From Polyangiales bacterium (lineage in GTDB: Bacteria > Myxococcota_A > Polyangia > Polyangiales > Houyiibacteriaceae), in contig JBGCFM010000241.1 in NCBI GenBank assembly GCA_045106895.1, positions 1 to 48,870 of the forward strand: DNA of 48,870 bases, in the 5' to 3' direction. The translations under genes were made by a program, and so were the position numbers. The notes below the pieces were generated by a model. It ran no database searches and had not been told where the DNA came from. It saw only the letters and a program-made list of their open reading frames with translations. Shown in pieces: positions 18,007 through 28,208 of this stretch; the stretch's first letter is position 1; every line of letters starts with the position of its first letter.

Positions 18007-18976
18007 TCAGCGCAAAGCTCGCAGCCGCTCCTTGAGCTCGTCGACGCGCTCCCGATGCTCATCGATGCGATCCGCGAGGCCGATCCAAAAGGTCTCGGCG
18101 AGACTGGCGCCGCAGATATTGTAGAAAGAAGAGAACTCGTCCTGGAGCCCATCACGAAAAGGTGCCGCGCTGCGGACCAAAGCGGAGCCTTCGTCGCTGG
18201 CCAGGTCGTCGATGCGCGCCACGCCCTCGGCGTATTCATGCATCGCCTCGTAGTACTCCCGCATGATCGCCTCCGTCAAAACGCGATCGAGGCTAACGCA
18301 CGTGAGTTCTTCGATGGCGCTGCGGGCGAAGAGGTAGTCACTTTCGACGGCGCGAGCGAGGCTTGGCCTTGGCTCGAATGCTCGCTGGACCTCCGCTTTC
18401 AGCTCGTTCCGTTCGGGAAACTCGCCGCCGTCAAAGCGCGAGAGCACGGACTCCACGGCGAGGAGCGCGTTTTCGCTGATAACCACACCGATCATGCACT
18501 CGACGAGAGTGTCGCAGTGGTCGATGGCGTCCATGGTGTGGCGCCAGAACACCCGGGCCATGGCGATGGCTTTCGTCGCGTCAACCTCGACGAGAGTGGC
18601 GACGGCGCGGTGATGCGAAAAGTTGAGGGTGGCGAGGACTTCTCCTTCGACCAAGACGAAACGCGGCAGGGCGTCGACCTGAGCGCGTACCTCGCTGGTG
18701 GCACGTACCGCCCGGTCGATGGTGCTCGCGGAAGATGCGCGCGTGCTCTTCGACGGGCGCCTCGAGCAGGTCGCGAAACACGTCGGGTGTGTCCACGTGG
18801 GCCTGCGTGAGGACGTACGCATTTTCACTCGGACGAACGACGTCAGCGCGGAGCGACCATGGTGATGGCGGCATGGGGCCCGAGGAGTGCGCGCGCACCC
18901 AGAAGAACGCCAGCACGCAGACCACACCCACGAAGAGCGCGATGGTCCGAACGATGATCTTCGAAGGCTTGGTCAT
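18007..18976 (-). pseudogene. Frameshifted membrane-anchored hypothetical protein
   Basis: The N-terminal TM part lies in ORF 18581-18976 and the helical C-terminal part in ORF 18007-18927. High-GC3 codon usage switches frame near 18721. Confidence 0.6.
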
Positions 18977-19081
18977 GTCGCGAAGCTCAGTTCCCGAGCC
19001 GCCCTACGGTACCAACCTGCGCGCTCAAATGGCGCAAAAGAAAACCAAGCGCAGGGTTCGTTGCGCTGCGAAGATGCCCGC

Positions 19082-19819
19082 ATGAAAAGCGACGTCGCAC
19101 ACTACGAAGGGCTCACGTATTGGGGACCGATCCGGCCCGAGCGGATGGAGGCGATCTTTGATCTCGTCTTACTTTCCCCCGAGTCCCGCGTCCTGGACCT
19201 AGGCTGTGGCCGTGGAGAGATTCTGGCGCGTCTTGCCGAACGATTTGAGTCCAACGTCGTCGGCGTTGATCGCTCCGAAGCAGCCATCGCGCTTGCACGC
19301 CGTCAGCTGCAAGCCCGAGCGCCGAAGACAGACAGCGAGCTGATGGTTCTCGACGTCGCGGAGTTCAAGCCCGCTGAACCATTCGACCTCGTGTCGTGGG
19401 TCGGCGGGCCATACGTTGGCGAGAACTTCGAGAGCACCCTCGCCACGCTCACTTCTTGGACTCGCCACGGCGGCTACGTTCTCGTTGGTCACGGGTTCTG
19501 GGACCACGAGCCACCCACCGACTACCTCGATGCGTCAGGCATCGACAAGGGCGAGTTCGGCGGTCGCCTCGACACGATGACCCGTGGGCGAGAGGCCGGC
19601 CTTACGTTGCTCTACTCCTCCGTGAGCTCGCGGGATGAATGGGACGCCTTTGAGGGCCGGATCCTCTTCAACTGGGAAGAACACTGCAGACTCGGCGCAA
19701 GCGACGAAGACCGACGAACATTAGAGCGCAAGCGCGCTTGGAACGATCTTCAGCAGCGATGGGGACGAACGGCCATGGGCTTTGGCCTCTACCTCTTCCG
19801 CCGTCCGGCTACGACCTAG
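19082..19819 (+). CDS. Class I SAM-dependent methyltransferase
   Basis: RVLDLGCGRGE, VGVDRS, FDLVSWVG; start inferred at ATG 19082. Confidence 0.88.
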   Translation: MKSDVAHYEGLTYWGPIRPERMEAIFDLVLLSPESRVLDLGCGRGEILARLAERFESNVVGVDRSEAAIALARRQLQARAPKTDSELMVLDVAEFKPAEPFDLVSWVGGPYVGENFESTLATLTSWTRHGGYVLVGHGFWDHEPPTDYLDASGIDKGEFGGRLDTMTRGREAGLTLLYSSVSSRDEWDAFEGRILFNWEEHCRLGASDEDRRTLERKRAWNDLQQRWGRTAMGFGLYLFRRPATT

Positions 19820-19831
19820 GAGTGTCGCAAG

Positions 19832-19879
19832 GACTGACGGGCTGCCGGGCTGACGGGCTGCCAGACTCACAGACTCACG
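19832..19879. repeat. 8-bp-period degenerate tandem repeat
   Basis: GACTGACG GGCTGCCG GGCTGACG GGCTGCCA GACTCACA GACTCACG. Confidence 0.75.
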
Positions 19880-20231
19880 GACAAACCTCTTCACGGCCTG
19901 CGTCGAGGACCGCGCGCTCGATGACGCGCGTTGCGCCGTCGCGCAGGACCTCAACGAGCGATTCGTGTCGTGCTCCGCCGCATGAATACGAAGTCTGTGT
20001 GATCACTTCGTAGCCTTGGGGAGTCTCACGCACGCTCTGGTCACATTCCGCCCGTCCCAGAGATTCGATCTGCGCCAAGAATACGGCGTCCGCCACGCTA
20101 TCCACCGGTGCAAGGAACTCCCCGATCTCAAGACGACCCACGGCGCCGACTTCATCAACGCGTGTGAAGGCGATCCAGGCACGAGGCGAAGCCGAGCTGA
20201 GTCTACGGAAGCACGCGGAAAAGCCGTACAC
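19875..20231 (-). CDS. Hypothetical protein, possibly a gene fragment
   Basis: Protein-like C-terminal part (FLAPVDSVADAVFLA...GYEVITQTSYSC); no convincing start or signal peptide. Confidence 0.45.
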   Translation of the reverse strand: MYGFSACFRRLSSASPRAWIAFTRVDEVGAVGRLEIGEFLAPVDSVADAVFLAQIESLGRAECDQSVRETPQGYEVITQTSYSCGGARHESLVEVLRDGATRVIERAVLDAGREEVCP

Positions 20232-20240
20232 TCACTGTCC

Positions 20241-20609
20241 ATGCGCGATCGAATCCTCCTAGTTTACAACGCCGACGGAGGCGTCCGAGGAGAGCTCGCG
20301 TACTTTATCAAGAAGGGCCTCGGTATCGCCAAGTGCGAGCTGTGCACCATCACTCATCAAGGCATCAGTGAGAGGCGATCTTGGCGCAGCTGCAAGAGCG
20401 GGATCGACGCCGAGGTGGTCGGCCTGCACCGGAATGAGCTGAACGCCGCGGAGCTCCGCTTTATCGCGGGACGCTACCCATGTGTGGTGAGCGACCGCAG
20501 CGGAGAGCTCTCGATGGTCGTGCGACCCGAGGAGTTTGGCGCCTACCAAGGGCAGCCCGAGAAGCTCGCGGATGTGATCACTCAACATCTCGCCAAGGAT
20601 CGTGCGTAG
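20241..20609 (+). CDS. Conserved hypothetical protein (VYNADGG / CxLCxITH type)
   Basis: MRDRILLVYNADGG...AKCELCTITH...W...LHRNE. Confidence 0.75.
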   Translation: MRDRILLVYNADGGVRGELAYFIKKGLGIAKCELCTITHQGISERRSWRSCKSGIDAEVVGLHRNELNAAELRFIAGRYPCVVSDRSGELSMVVRPEEFGAYQGQPEKLADVITQHLAKDRA

Positions 20610-20624
20610 GGCTATCCTTCGCGC

Positions 20625-21779
20625 ATGAAGCAAGTCTCCTTCGCGCTGCTCCTTCTTCTCGGATGCGGCGACTCCACCGCTCCCGTCGATGCGGATACGA
20701 CCGGCTCCGACGTCCCCGGCGTCGACTCGGGTCCCGGCTTCGATTCCGGTCCTCGGCCCGACGTAATGACCGTTGTCGGTGATGACTTCCCGCGAGCGGG
20801 CCACGTGGATGGCACCTGCGACGTCCCACCGGAGGCGGCTGCCGAAGATGTGAGCTCGCCGGACATCGTGATCGGCACAGGAACGCCGGAGAGCTGCACG
20901 AGCGCCGCCGTCGTCTCCGCCGTTGCCCAAGGCGGCGTCATCACCTTCGACTGCGGTCCAGACCCGGTGACGATTCGTATGGAAGAGACCGCAAAGGTCT
21001 TCAACAACACGGGTCCCCGGATCGTGATCGACGGTGGCGGACTTGTGACGCTCAGCGGCCAAGGCGAGCGGCGCATTCTCTACATGGACACCTGCGACCA
21101 GGAACAGGTCTGGACCACACCTCGCTGCGACAACCAAGACCACCCACAGTTGACGGTGCAGAACCTGACCTTCGTCGACGGTAACGCGGAGAGCGAAGGG
21201 GAAGACCTAGGCGGCGGCGGCGGCGCGATCTTCTCTTACGGTGGGCGCTTCAAGATCGTCAACTCCCGCTTCTTCAACAACGTCTGTTCGCCCGTCGGCG
21301 CAGACGTCGGCGGCGCCGCGGTGCGTGCCTACGCGCAATATGAAGGAGCGCCTGTGTACGTAGTGAACAGCACCTTCGGCGGCCGAGACGACCTTGGAAA
21401 TAGTGGGTCCAATGGTGGTGGCCTGAGCAGCATTGGCACCTCGTGGACGATCATCAACTCCTGGTTCTCGCACAACGTGGCCACCGGCAATGGAGCGAAC
21501 CCCGCCGACCCTGGAACCCCCGGCGGCGGAAGCGGCGGAGCGATCTACAACGACGGCGGCCTCATGACGCTAAACATCTGCGGCAGCCTCATTGAATACA
21601 ATCAGGTGAACGCACACGGCAGCGCGATCTTCTTTGTGAGCAACAATCACACGGGGAACATCATCATTGACCGCTCCATCATCACGAACAACACCGGCGG
21701 CACTTGGTACGAGATCGCGCCGCAGATCAGCGGTCACTCGGACACTCCCCTCGAATCGCGCGACTCCGTCATCGAGTGA
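20625..21779 (+). CDS. Lipoprotein with a right-handed beta-helix (Pmp-like GGA(I/V)/FxxN repeats)
   Basis: Lipobox LLGC; GTGTPESCT, ITFDCGP, GGAIF, FFNN, GGAIYNDG. Confidence 0.85.
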   Translation: MKQVSFALLLLLGCGDSTAPVDADTTGSDVPGVDSGPGFDSGPRPDVMTVVGDDFPRAGHVDGTCDVPPEAAAEDVSSPDIVIGTGTPESCTSAAVVSAVAQGGVITFDCGPDPVTIRMEETAKVFNNTGPRIVIDGGGLVTLSGQGERRILYMDTCDQEQVWTTPRCDNQDHPQLTVQNLTFVDGNAESEGEDLGGGGGAIFSYGGRFKIVNSRFFNNVCSPVGADVGGAAVRAYAQYEGAPVYVVNSTFGGRDDLGNSGSNGGGLSSIGTSWTIINSWFSHNVATGNGANPADPGTPGGGSGGAIYNDGGLMTLNICGSLIEYNQVNAHGSAIFFVSNNHTGNIIIDRSIITNNTGGTWYEIAPQISGHSDTPLESRDSVIE

Positions 21780-22180
21780 CGACGGCGGACTCGACGCACG
21801 TATCGATACACCAGATCCGCGAGGGTGATGCCCAGGGTGTTCGCCACTAGGTCACCAACCGAGAACGAGCGGTTGGGGACGAAGTGTTGGCGAACTTCCT
21901 CCAGGGTGATGAGCACAAAGACGGCGATGGAACCGATGAGGAGCCCTCGCCACGCGCGACCGCGGAGGGCGATATTCGAGAGAAACGCCGCGATGGCCAT
22001 CAACGAAAAGTGACCGAGTTTGTCGCCGTGGGGGATCGCGTTGATCTGACCAAACCAGCTGCCCCCTTGGTCCGCGTCCCAAGTCACCAAGACACAGAAC
22101 GCCGCAAATAGGATCGCCGGAAACACCCGCCTGAAACGAAAGGGCTGTGGCTTTGAGGAGGCTTGGGTCACGCGCCTCAA
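21734..22180 (-). CDS. VanZ family membrane protein
   Basis: DKLGHF, EEVRQHFVPNRSFSVGDLVANTLG. Confidence 0.85.
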   Translation of the reverse strand: MRRVTQASSKPQPFRFRRVFPAILFAAFCVLVTWDADQGGSWFGQINAIPHGDKLGHFSLMAIAAFLSNIALRGRAWRGLLIGSIAVFVLITLEEVRQHFVPNRSFSVGDLVANTLGITLADLVYRYVRRVRRRHSMTESRDSRGVSE

Positions 22181-22307
22181 CGCTAGCGCAATATCGAGTT
22201 ATTCCCTTCCGGGACGCTTACTCTTCTTGCGATTTGGCGGAAAAAGGGAACCAGTAAGTCTACTCAAAAACCTACTCGTGGTACGCTCATGACTGTAGAG
22301 ATTTACA

Positions 22308-24320
22308 GTGTTGGTGCAAGAAGCGGATAGCTGGCTGAGCGTCAGCCGGCGAAAACGCCTGACTTGGGTGCTCTGGTGGACACTTCTCGCCGCGGACCTC
22401 CTGGTCGGCGTCGTGCGTCTCGCAACGAGCAAGCCCGCGCCGCTTGTTGTGCCCTTCGCGCTTGTGCTTGCCGGCGTCGCAGCGTTGGTGCGAAGTGGCC
22501 GACTCAACTGGGCCGCTCATGGTCTTTCCGTTCTTGTCGCGTGCACCGTCGTTGCGATGACATACCTCGCCGGCGAGTTGGTGCCTATTCTTCATTGCCT
22601 GGCCGTCATACCGCTCTTTGCAACGTTCATTGCTGGCACGCGGGCGGGCCTGATCTGGTGCGGCCTTGTGCTGTTGATACTGGGCCTCACGGCCTGGGGC
22701 GTTGCCACGCTTCCGCTCCCGCCGCCTTCTGGGCGTGCCCTTCCCGGTGTGTCCGTCGCCGTTGTGGTGTGCATGGTGTTTACCGTCACCTTCGCCTTCG
22801 AGCAGGCGCGCAAACATGCGATCAAATCACTGCAACAGAAAAAGAACGACTCCCGGACGCTCTTGCGTCTTCTTCCCGACGACGTCATCCGCGTCAACGA
22901 CGAAGGTGAGGTGCTTCAGCGATCGCCGAAAGACAACGCTACCCCGGTAGATGAGCTTTTTCGCACCTCGCCTGTACGGGATGCGATTCGCCAAGCCCTT
23001 GCATCCGATAGGGAGCAAGAGGTGGTCAAGCACTTGCTCGGACGTGTTCTCAATGTGCGCCTCATTCCAGTCGGCAAAAGAGAGCTCCTCGCCCTCGTCC
23101 GAGACCGCAGCGATGCCAAAAAGCTTGAGGAGCGCGTAACCAAAGCCGAGCTCATCGCGAGTCTCGAGCGTTCGAACCGTATGTCTTCCATTGGCGTGCT
23201 CGCCGCGTGCATCGCCCACGAGGTCAACAACCCCCTCGCCTACTTGGCCGGGAATCTCACGTTCCTCGACGAGCGCGCCAAGCGCAACGCGGCCGTCGAC
23301 GAAGAGCACATTGGTGCCCTCACGGACGCCATGAACGCAACGGAGCGCGTGCGATCCATCGTGGCGGAACTGAAACACTATTCGCGAGAAGAGAAAGAGA
23401 TTTCGCAGAGCCTAGAGCCTTCCAAAGTCGTCGAAGAGGCGCTCAAGATCGTTCGTAACGAGACCCGCCACATCGCCAAGGTCTCGACGGAGTTTGAGAC
23501 GGCGCAGGTTCGCGTCGCCGCTTCGCCCAACCGTCTCGTGCAGGTGATCGTGAACCTATTGCTCAACGCTGCCCAAGCGCTCCCGCCAGCGCGCAAAGCC
23601 ACCAATACCATCGAAGTTCGAACGACGATCGAGGGGGACGAGGTCCACATCGCCGTCATCGACAATGGACCAGGCATTCCCCCGGAGCTGCTGGAGCGGG
23701 TGACTCAGCCCTTCTTTACGACCAAAGCGCCAGGTGTCGGCACGGGTCTGGGGCTCGCGGTGTGCGAGGAGATCGTTCGCCAGTTCAGTGGTACTTTGTC
23801 CATTGAGAACAACGCCCTTGGAGGCGCCACGATCACAGTGCGACTCCCCGTCGCCGAAGACGAGCTTGCTTCATCCAGCGAACTCGAGTGCGTGGATCCA
23901 CCGAGCACGGCGCCGGGACGAATCTTGATCGTCGATGACGAGCCTCTGGTTCGCCGGGCGCTCATGCGCCTGCTCCGCGAACATGAGGTGGTGGAAGCGG
24001 AAGGCGGTGAGGAGGCGCTTGAGCTTCTCAAAAAGGACGAGAACTTCGACCTGATTCTCTGCGACGTCATGATGCCGGTGGTCTCCGGCCTCGATATGTA
24101 CGCCCGCGTGCGGGATGAGTTCGCGCCCCTCGACGAACGTATCGTGTTCATGACCGGCGGCGCCTTCGACCCACGCCTGCAAGCCCTCATGCAAGCCACA
24201 GCAAAAGTGCCCGTCATCGACAAGCCCTTCGACCCGGACCACCTGCGCCGCACCGTCGGCGAGGTCATCCGCAACCGCCAAGCGGCACCCGCAGCGTCAG
24301 AGGCCGAGGGCGCTCCGTAG
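22308..24320 (+). CDS. Membrane hybrid sensor histidine kinase/response regulator
   Basis: TM region, PAS-like segment, AHEVNNPL, NLLLNA, DNGPG, FFTTK, GTGLGL; REC domain with ILIVDD and CDVMMP. Confidence 0.95.
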   Translation: MLVQEADSWLSVSRRKRLTWVLWWTLLAADLLVGVVRLATSKPAPLVVPFALVLAGVAALVRSGRLNWAAHGLSVLVACTVVAMTYLAGELVPILHCLAVIPLFATFIAGTRAGLIWCGLVLLILGLTAWGVATLPLPPPSGRALPGVSVAVVVCMVFTVTFAFEQARKHAIKSLQQKKNDSRTLLRLLPDDVIRVNDEGEVLQRSPKDNATPVDELFRTSPVRDAIRQALASDREQEVVKHLLGRVLNVRLIPVGKRELLALVRDRSDAKKLEERVTKAELIASLERSNRMSSIGVLAACIAHEVNNPLAYLAGNLTFLDERAKRNAAVDEEHIGALTDAMNATERVRSIVAELKHYSREEKEISQSLEPSKVVEEALKIVRNETRHIAKVSTEFETAQVRVAASPNRLVQVIVNLLLNAAQALPPARKATNTIEVRTTIEGDEVHIAVIDNGPGIPPELLERVTQPFFTTKAPGVGTGLGLAVCEEIVRQFSGTLSIENNALGGATITVRLPVAEDELASSSELECVDPPSTAPGRILIVDDEPLVRRALMRLLREHEVVEAEGGEEALELLKKDENFDLILCDVMMPVVSGLDMYARVRDEFAPLDERIVFMTGGAFDPRLQALMQATAKVPVIDKPFDPDHLRRTVGEVIRNRQAAPAASEAEGAP

Positions 24321-25229
24321 GTATTCGTCGTCGTTGCGGTTGTGGCCCCAGTAAGCGTCCATGATCGAATGAGTGCGAACACCTCGCGTCGTCTCGCCCC
24401 CGTGTGTCTCTTCGAAGGAGACGATCGCGTGGGGGAAGGCCGTCTCGAACTCGATGACGAGGGTTCGTCCGAGGGACGCGTATCGGACTACGTAGCGCGA
24501 CAGCTCCGGCTCTTCCTGGAGTTCGGCGACTGCTCGGTAGGGACGAAGCTCGTCGTGGTAGAGGCGAAGCGCGTGCATGGCTGGAACAAGTCGCAGCTCA
24601 CCCGTTGGTAGGGCGCTTGGGTCTCGGCGCAGCTCCTGCCAGAGGGCGTCCTCGAAGGGGACGTCGTCCATCGCAAAGTCGCGGTCACCTTCGCTCTGAA
24701 AGTAGCTGCGTAAGTCGGCTTCTACCTGGCCGCCGCGTCGATTCAGCTGCGCGAAGGCCATGCCGCACCACTCCGTCACCGTCGCGCTGACCTTGAGCGA
24801 AGGGGAGCCGTCCGTGGGGACAAAGGACGAGGTCATCAGGTTGTAAGGATAGATGCCCGTGACGAACGTTCGTGTCGCGTTGAGTTTGAGAACAGGTACG
24901 TCCTCTTCGCCGTCGGAGCGCTCGTGTTTTACCTGAGTTTCCGGGAGAAACGGCTCCGTCACGAAGACAAAGATCGCGTCACCTTCGCGCGCTTGGCCAT
25001 AACGCGACTGCGTCAGCGCGAAACGACTTATCTCTGCAAGGCCGGCATGCCAGTAGCTCGCGTAGTCTGGATGATCTTCGGCAAAGCTCGCGGCCTGCAC
25101 CACCTCACTCAGGCGAGGATCCGTCGCGAGGTTCGCCGAGGGCTCTTCCGCCACCTGGGCGCCCGGCGTTTCTGCGGAGCCACAAGCGATCGCGAGGGAA
25201 GAGAGGAGCAGGGCCGTTTGTCGCAGCAT
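24297..25229 (-). CDS. Conserved hypothetical lipoprotein
   Basis: Lipobox AIAC; conserved-looking motifs YWHAGLAEISRF, FVTEPF, VLKLN, TGIYPY, EWCG, SYFQSEGD. Confidence 0.8.
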   Translation of the reverse strand: MLRQTALLLSSLAIACGSAETPGAQVAEEPSANLATDPRLSEVVQAASFAEDHPDYASYWHAGLAEISRFALTQSRYGQAREGDAIFVFVTEPFLPETQVKHERSDGEEDVPVLKLNATRTFVTGIYPYNLMTSSFVPTDGSPSLKVSATVTEWCGMAFAQLNRRGGQVEADLRSYFQSEGDRDFAMDDVPFEDALWQELRRDPSALPTGELRLVPAMHALRLYHDELRPYRAVAELQEEPELSRYVVRYASLGRTLVIEFETAFPHAIVSFEETHGGETTRGVRTHSIMDAYWGHNRNDDEYLRSALGL

Positions 25230-25274
25230 GACGCGGTTGTGGGGCCATCCTCGGGCGCCCACAACCCGCTCCCG

Positions 25275-25682
25275 CTAGCGAATCACGTAGGCGCCGTCGT
25301 GTGTGTCCACGTGCACCGTCGCCCCAAGAAGCGACACGCTGTAGGTCGCGCCGTCTGTCGCCACGGGGAGTTTCACGGACAGAACGCCAAACGTCTGCTC
25401 GCCACCGACTGCGACAGGTCCACCGGTGTTGGCGCAAGGGCCCGGGCGCCCGCGACACTCTTGGCGCGTCCAGAGAAACTGCTGCGTGGCGACGCTCTGA
25501 CCTTGGCCATCGCGTACTTCCGCTTGGATGCCTCGGCCAAAACTGTACCCGCGGATCTTCACGATGCGGCCTTCGACAAGCGACGTCCCGTGGCCCGGCA
25601 TACCGGTCACGTGCGGCGGCATCAGCGCGAAGGCCAACGCAGGGACAAACAAAACAAGGGACAGAGTGAAGATTCGTTTCAT
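25275..25682 (-). CDS. Hypothetical secreted protein
   Basis: Signal peptide MKRIFTLSLVLFVPALAFA. Confidence 0.65.
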   Translation of the reverse strand: MKRIFTLSLVLFVPALAFALMPPHVTGMPGHGTSLVEGRIVKIRGYSFGRGIQAEVRDGQGQSVATQQFLWTRQECRGRPGPCANTGGPVAVGGEQTFGVLSVKLPVATDGATYSVSLLGATVHVDTHDGAYVIR

Positions 25683-25757
25683 AGGAAGGTCAGACGTCTC
25701 GACAGCAGGGGTTGATGGGTCGTAGCCTCTTATACCGGGAATCTGCCGGGCTTTACG

Positions 25758-27458
25758 ATGCAGGAACAAACCCCGATTACAGTGCCACCACCCAAGCCAG
25801 GGTCCAAAGTTAGGGATAGTGAGGCCATGGTCGGCACCACCCTGGACGGACGGTACCAGCTCGACGCCCTCATCGGCGAAGGGGGCGGCGGCCAAGTCTA
25901 TCGGGCGACGCATCTCGCGCTGGAACGGCCCGTCGCCGTCAAGTTGCTCCTACAAGAGCTCGAGGTCTCGGAGGTCGCCAAGGCTCGCTTCTCACGCGAA
26001 GCGAAGACCCTCGCCGCCCTGCGTCATCCGAATATTGTAACGGTCATCGACTTTGGCTTCGGCGAATTTCCCTTCCTCGTCTTGGAGCTCGTTCAGGGCT
26101 GCGAACTTGAGGAGCTCGTCGAAGAAGGCCCGATGGAGATGGCGGACGCGCTCTCCGTCATGAAGCAGCTCCTCGGAGCCCTCGCCTACGCGCACGAAGC
26201 CGGAGTGATTCACCGCGACCTGAAGCCCTCCAACCTTTTTGTGCGGCGGCTGACGGCGGGGCTGCACATCGAAGTGCTCGACTTTGGTTTGGCGAAGTTC
26301 ATCGGCGGCGAAGCCGAAGCCGAAGCTGACATCAAAGTGACACGCGCGGGCCACATCGTCGGGACACCTGCCTATATGGCGCCGGAGCAGATCGGCGGAG
26401 ACCCCGTCGACAAGCGCGCCGACCAGTACGGCGCCGCGGTGGTGCTTTTCGAAATGCTGACGGGCCAGCTGCCCTTTCATGCGCCGGAGGTGATGGGGGT
26501 GCTTCGCGCGCATCTCACCCTTGAGCCACCGACTCTCGCCAGGACCGTGCCCGATCGATCGTTCAGCCCAGAGCTGGAAGCCCTCGTCGCTCGCGCCCTC
26601 GCGAAAGACCCAAGTGAGCGCTATCCCGATGTGCCGGCGATGCTCGTCGCCTTGAACAACTTGCCGGAAACCGGCCGCCTCTCTGACATCACTGGGAGCA
26701 TGACCCACACGAGGAGCGCGGGCGAAAACAGCGCGCCGGACACGGAGGAGGAGAGCGTACTTGAGACCGCCAAGCGGGCCGTGAGCGAGCTCGGTAGCGC
26801 CATCGCGAAACACGTCGAGCCCGCCCCGGAGAGCGAGCCTTCAGGGCTCCCCGCGCCGCCGAAAGCTCTCATCATCGGGACCGTCGTCGTGTTCCTCTTC
26901 GCCCTTGGCTATTGGTTGGTCGGCGATGGCGGCACGACGCCGACGTCCGGCTCAGCGGCGCCAAGCGCGGCCTCCGAAGTGGACGGCGAGTCGGAGGATG
27001 TGCCTCTCGGCGAGAATACGCCCGAAGTGGATCCGAGCGCGGACCCTTGGGCCGAAGTGCCGGCGGAACTCGCCGCGTACAAACGCCGCATCGATGAAGG
27101 GGGTCGCTTGCGGCGGCGGCAGATCGGGTCGCTCCGCTCCTACGCGTCTGAGCACCCGGGCGACGCGCGCCCGCTCCTGCTTCATGCGCGCGCCTATGTC
27201 GCCCAAGGCTCGCTGAGTCAGGCGCTCCCGTATTTCCTGCGCGCTTTTGAGACGGACATTCGCGCACGCAATGACCCTGAGATGTTGGCAGACCTGATCC
27301 ACATGGCGACGACGGAAACACTAGAGCAAGAAGCCGCAGACGCGATTCGCCGCATCTACGGCAGCGCGGCTCGAACCGCCGTCGCGAAGGCCGTCGCAGA
27401 ACAAAGCGAGACGGCGCGGCGAGAGCGACTGCAGCGACTCGTGCAGACGCTCGACTGA
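25758..27458 (+). CDS. Transmembrane Hanks-type Ser/Thr protein kinase
   Basis: IGEGGGGQV, VAVK, HRDLKPSN, DFGLAK, GTPAYMAPE; TM helix; helical TPR-like C-terminus. Confidence 0.95.
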   Translation: MQEQTPITVPPPKPGSKVRDSEAMVGTTLDGRYQLDALIGEGGGGQVYRATHLALERPVAVKLLLQELEVSEVAKARFSREAKTLAALRHPNIVTVIDFGFGEFPFLVLELVQGCELEELVEEGPMEMADALSVMKQLLGALAYAHEAGVIHRDLKPSNLFVRRLTAGLHIEVLDFGLAKFIGGEAEAEADIKVTRAGHIVGTPAYMAPEQIGGDPVDKRADQYGAAVVLFEMLTGQLPFHAPEVMGVLRAHLTLEPPTLARTVPDRSFSPELEALVARALAKDPSERYPDVPAMLVALNNLPETGRLSDITGSMTHTRSAGENSAPDTEEESVLETAKRAVSELGSAIAKHVEPAPESEPSGLPAPPKALIIGTVVVFLFALGYWLVGDGGTTPTSGSAAPSAASEVDGESEDVPLGENTPEVDPSADPWAEVPAELAAYKRRIDEGGRLRRRQIGSLRSYASEHPGDARPLLLHARAYVAQGSLSQALPYFLRAFETDIRARNDPEMLADLIHMATTETLEQEAADAIRRIYGSAARTAVAKAVAEQSETARRERLQRLVQTLD

Positions 27459-28208
27459 CTATGCGCGGCGCGCGCGGATCAAACGCAGCCCAACATCGAG
27501 CTCATCGAGGGCGCGGAGCCCGCCATGCTTTTGCTCCCAAACGCCGGACTCGAGGTCTCGCTTCACGGCACCGGCGACGCGCTCTACGACCTCCGGGGGC
27601 TGTCGCGCGAAGCCTGATGTGACCGCCCGCGCTTCCTCGTCGAGGACTCGTTCGGGGTGCGCCCAGAACGCGCTCAGGTTGTGATCCGGAGTGTCGCGAT
27701 GCGTCGGAAGAACCTCGATGGTAGCGGGGCGGTCGAGCCATGTGACGATCTCGTCGGGGCTCGGGAAGATCTTCAGGTCGAGGTCCCGGACTTCATGAAA
27801 GTAGTCCGCCATGAGCCACATCTTTGCGGAGACTTCGCCGTCAAAGGTGACGATGACGACTTGGTCACGCGCGACGCGACACATCTCGCGCACGCCGGCT
27901 CTTTGGTCGGGCTGCCAGTGGTGCAAGGAGAGGACAGACATCGCGGCATCCACGCTCTGGTCATGGAAAGGCAACGCCGTCGCCACCCCACGTATCGCTG
28001 GGCGCTTCGCTGGTCGCTGGGACGCCATGACCTGACTCGGCTCCACGGGATAGACGATGGCGTCTTTGGGCTCGTAGGAGCCGGTGCCGGCGCCCACGTT
28101 CACCACCGTCTCTGCATCGCCCAGCGTCGCCTCGATCCGCGCCATGATGCGGGGGTCCTCACGTCGCCGGGTCGCATAGCCATGCCCGATGGCGTCGTAT
28201 CGGGTCAC
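27459..28208 (-). CDS. Class I SAM-dependent methyltransferase
   Basis: VNVGAGTGSYEP, LPFHDQSVDAAMSVLSLHHW. Confidence 0.9.
   Translation of the reverse strand: MTRYDAIGHGYATRRREDPRIMARIEATLGDAETVVNVGAGTGSYEPKDAIVYPVEPSQVMASQRPAKRPAIRGVATALPFHDQSVDAAMSVLSLHHWQPDQRAGVREMCRVARDQVVIVTFDGEVSAKMWLMADYFHEVRDLDLKIFPSPDEIVTWLDRPATIEVLPTHRDTPDHNLSAFWAHPERVLDEEARAVTSGFARQPPEVVERVAGAVKRDLESGVWEQKHGGLRALDELDVGLRLIRARRA

Noticed and set aside
21734..22180. VanZ as evidence of a glycopeptide resistance cluster
   Set aside because: Stand-alone VanZ-like genes are widespread, and no vanHAX or vanRS genes are present.
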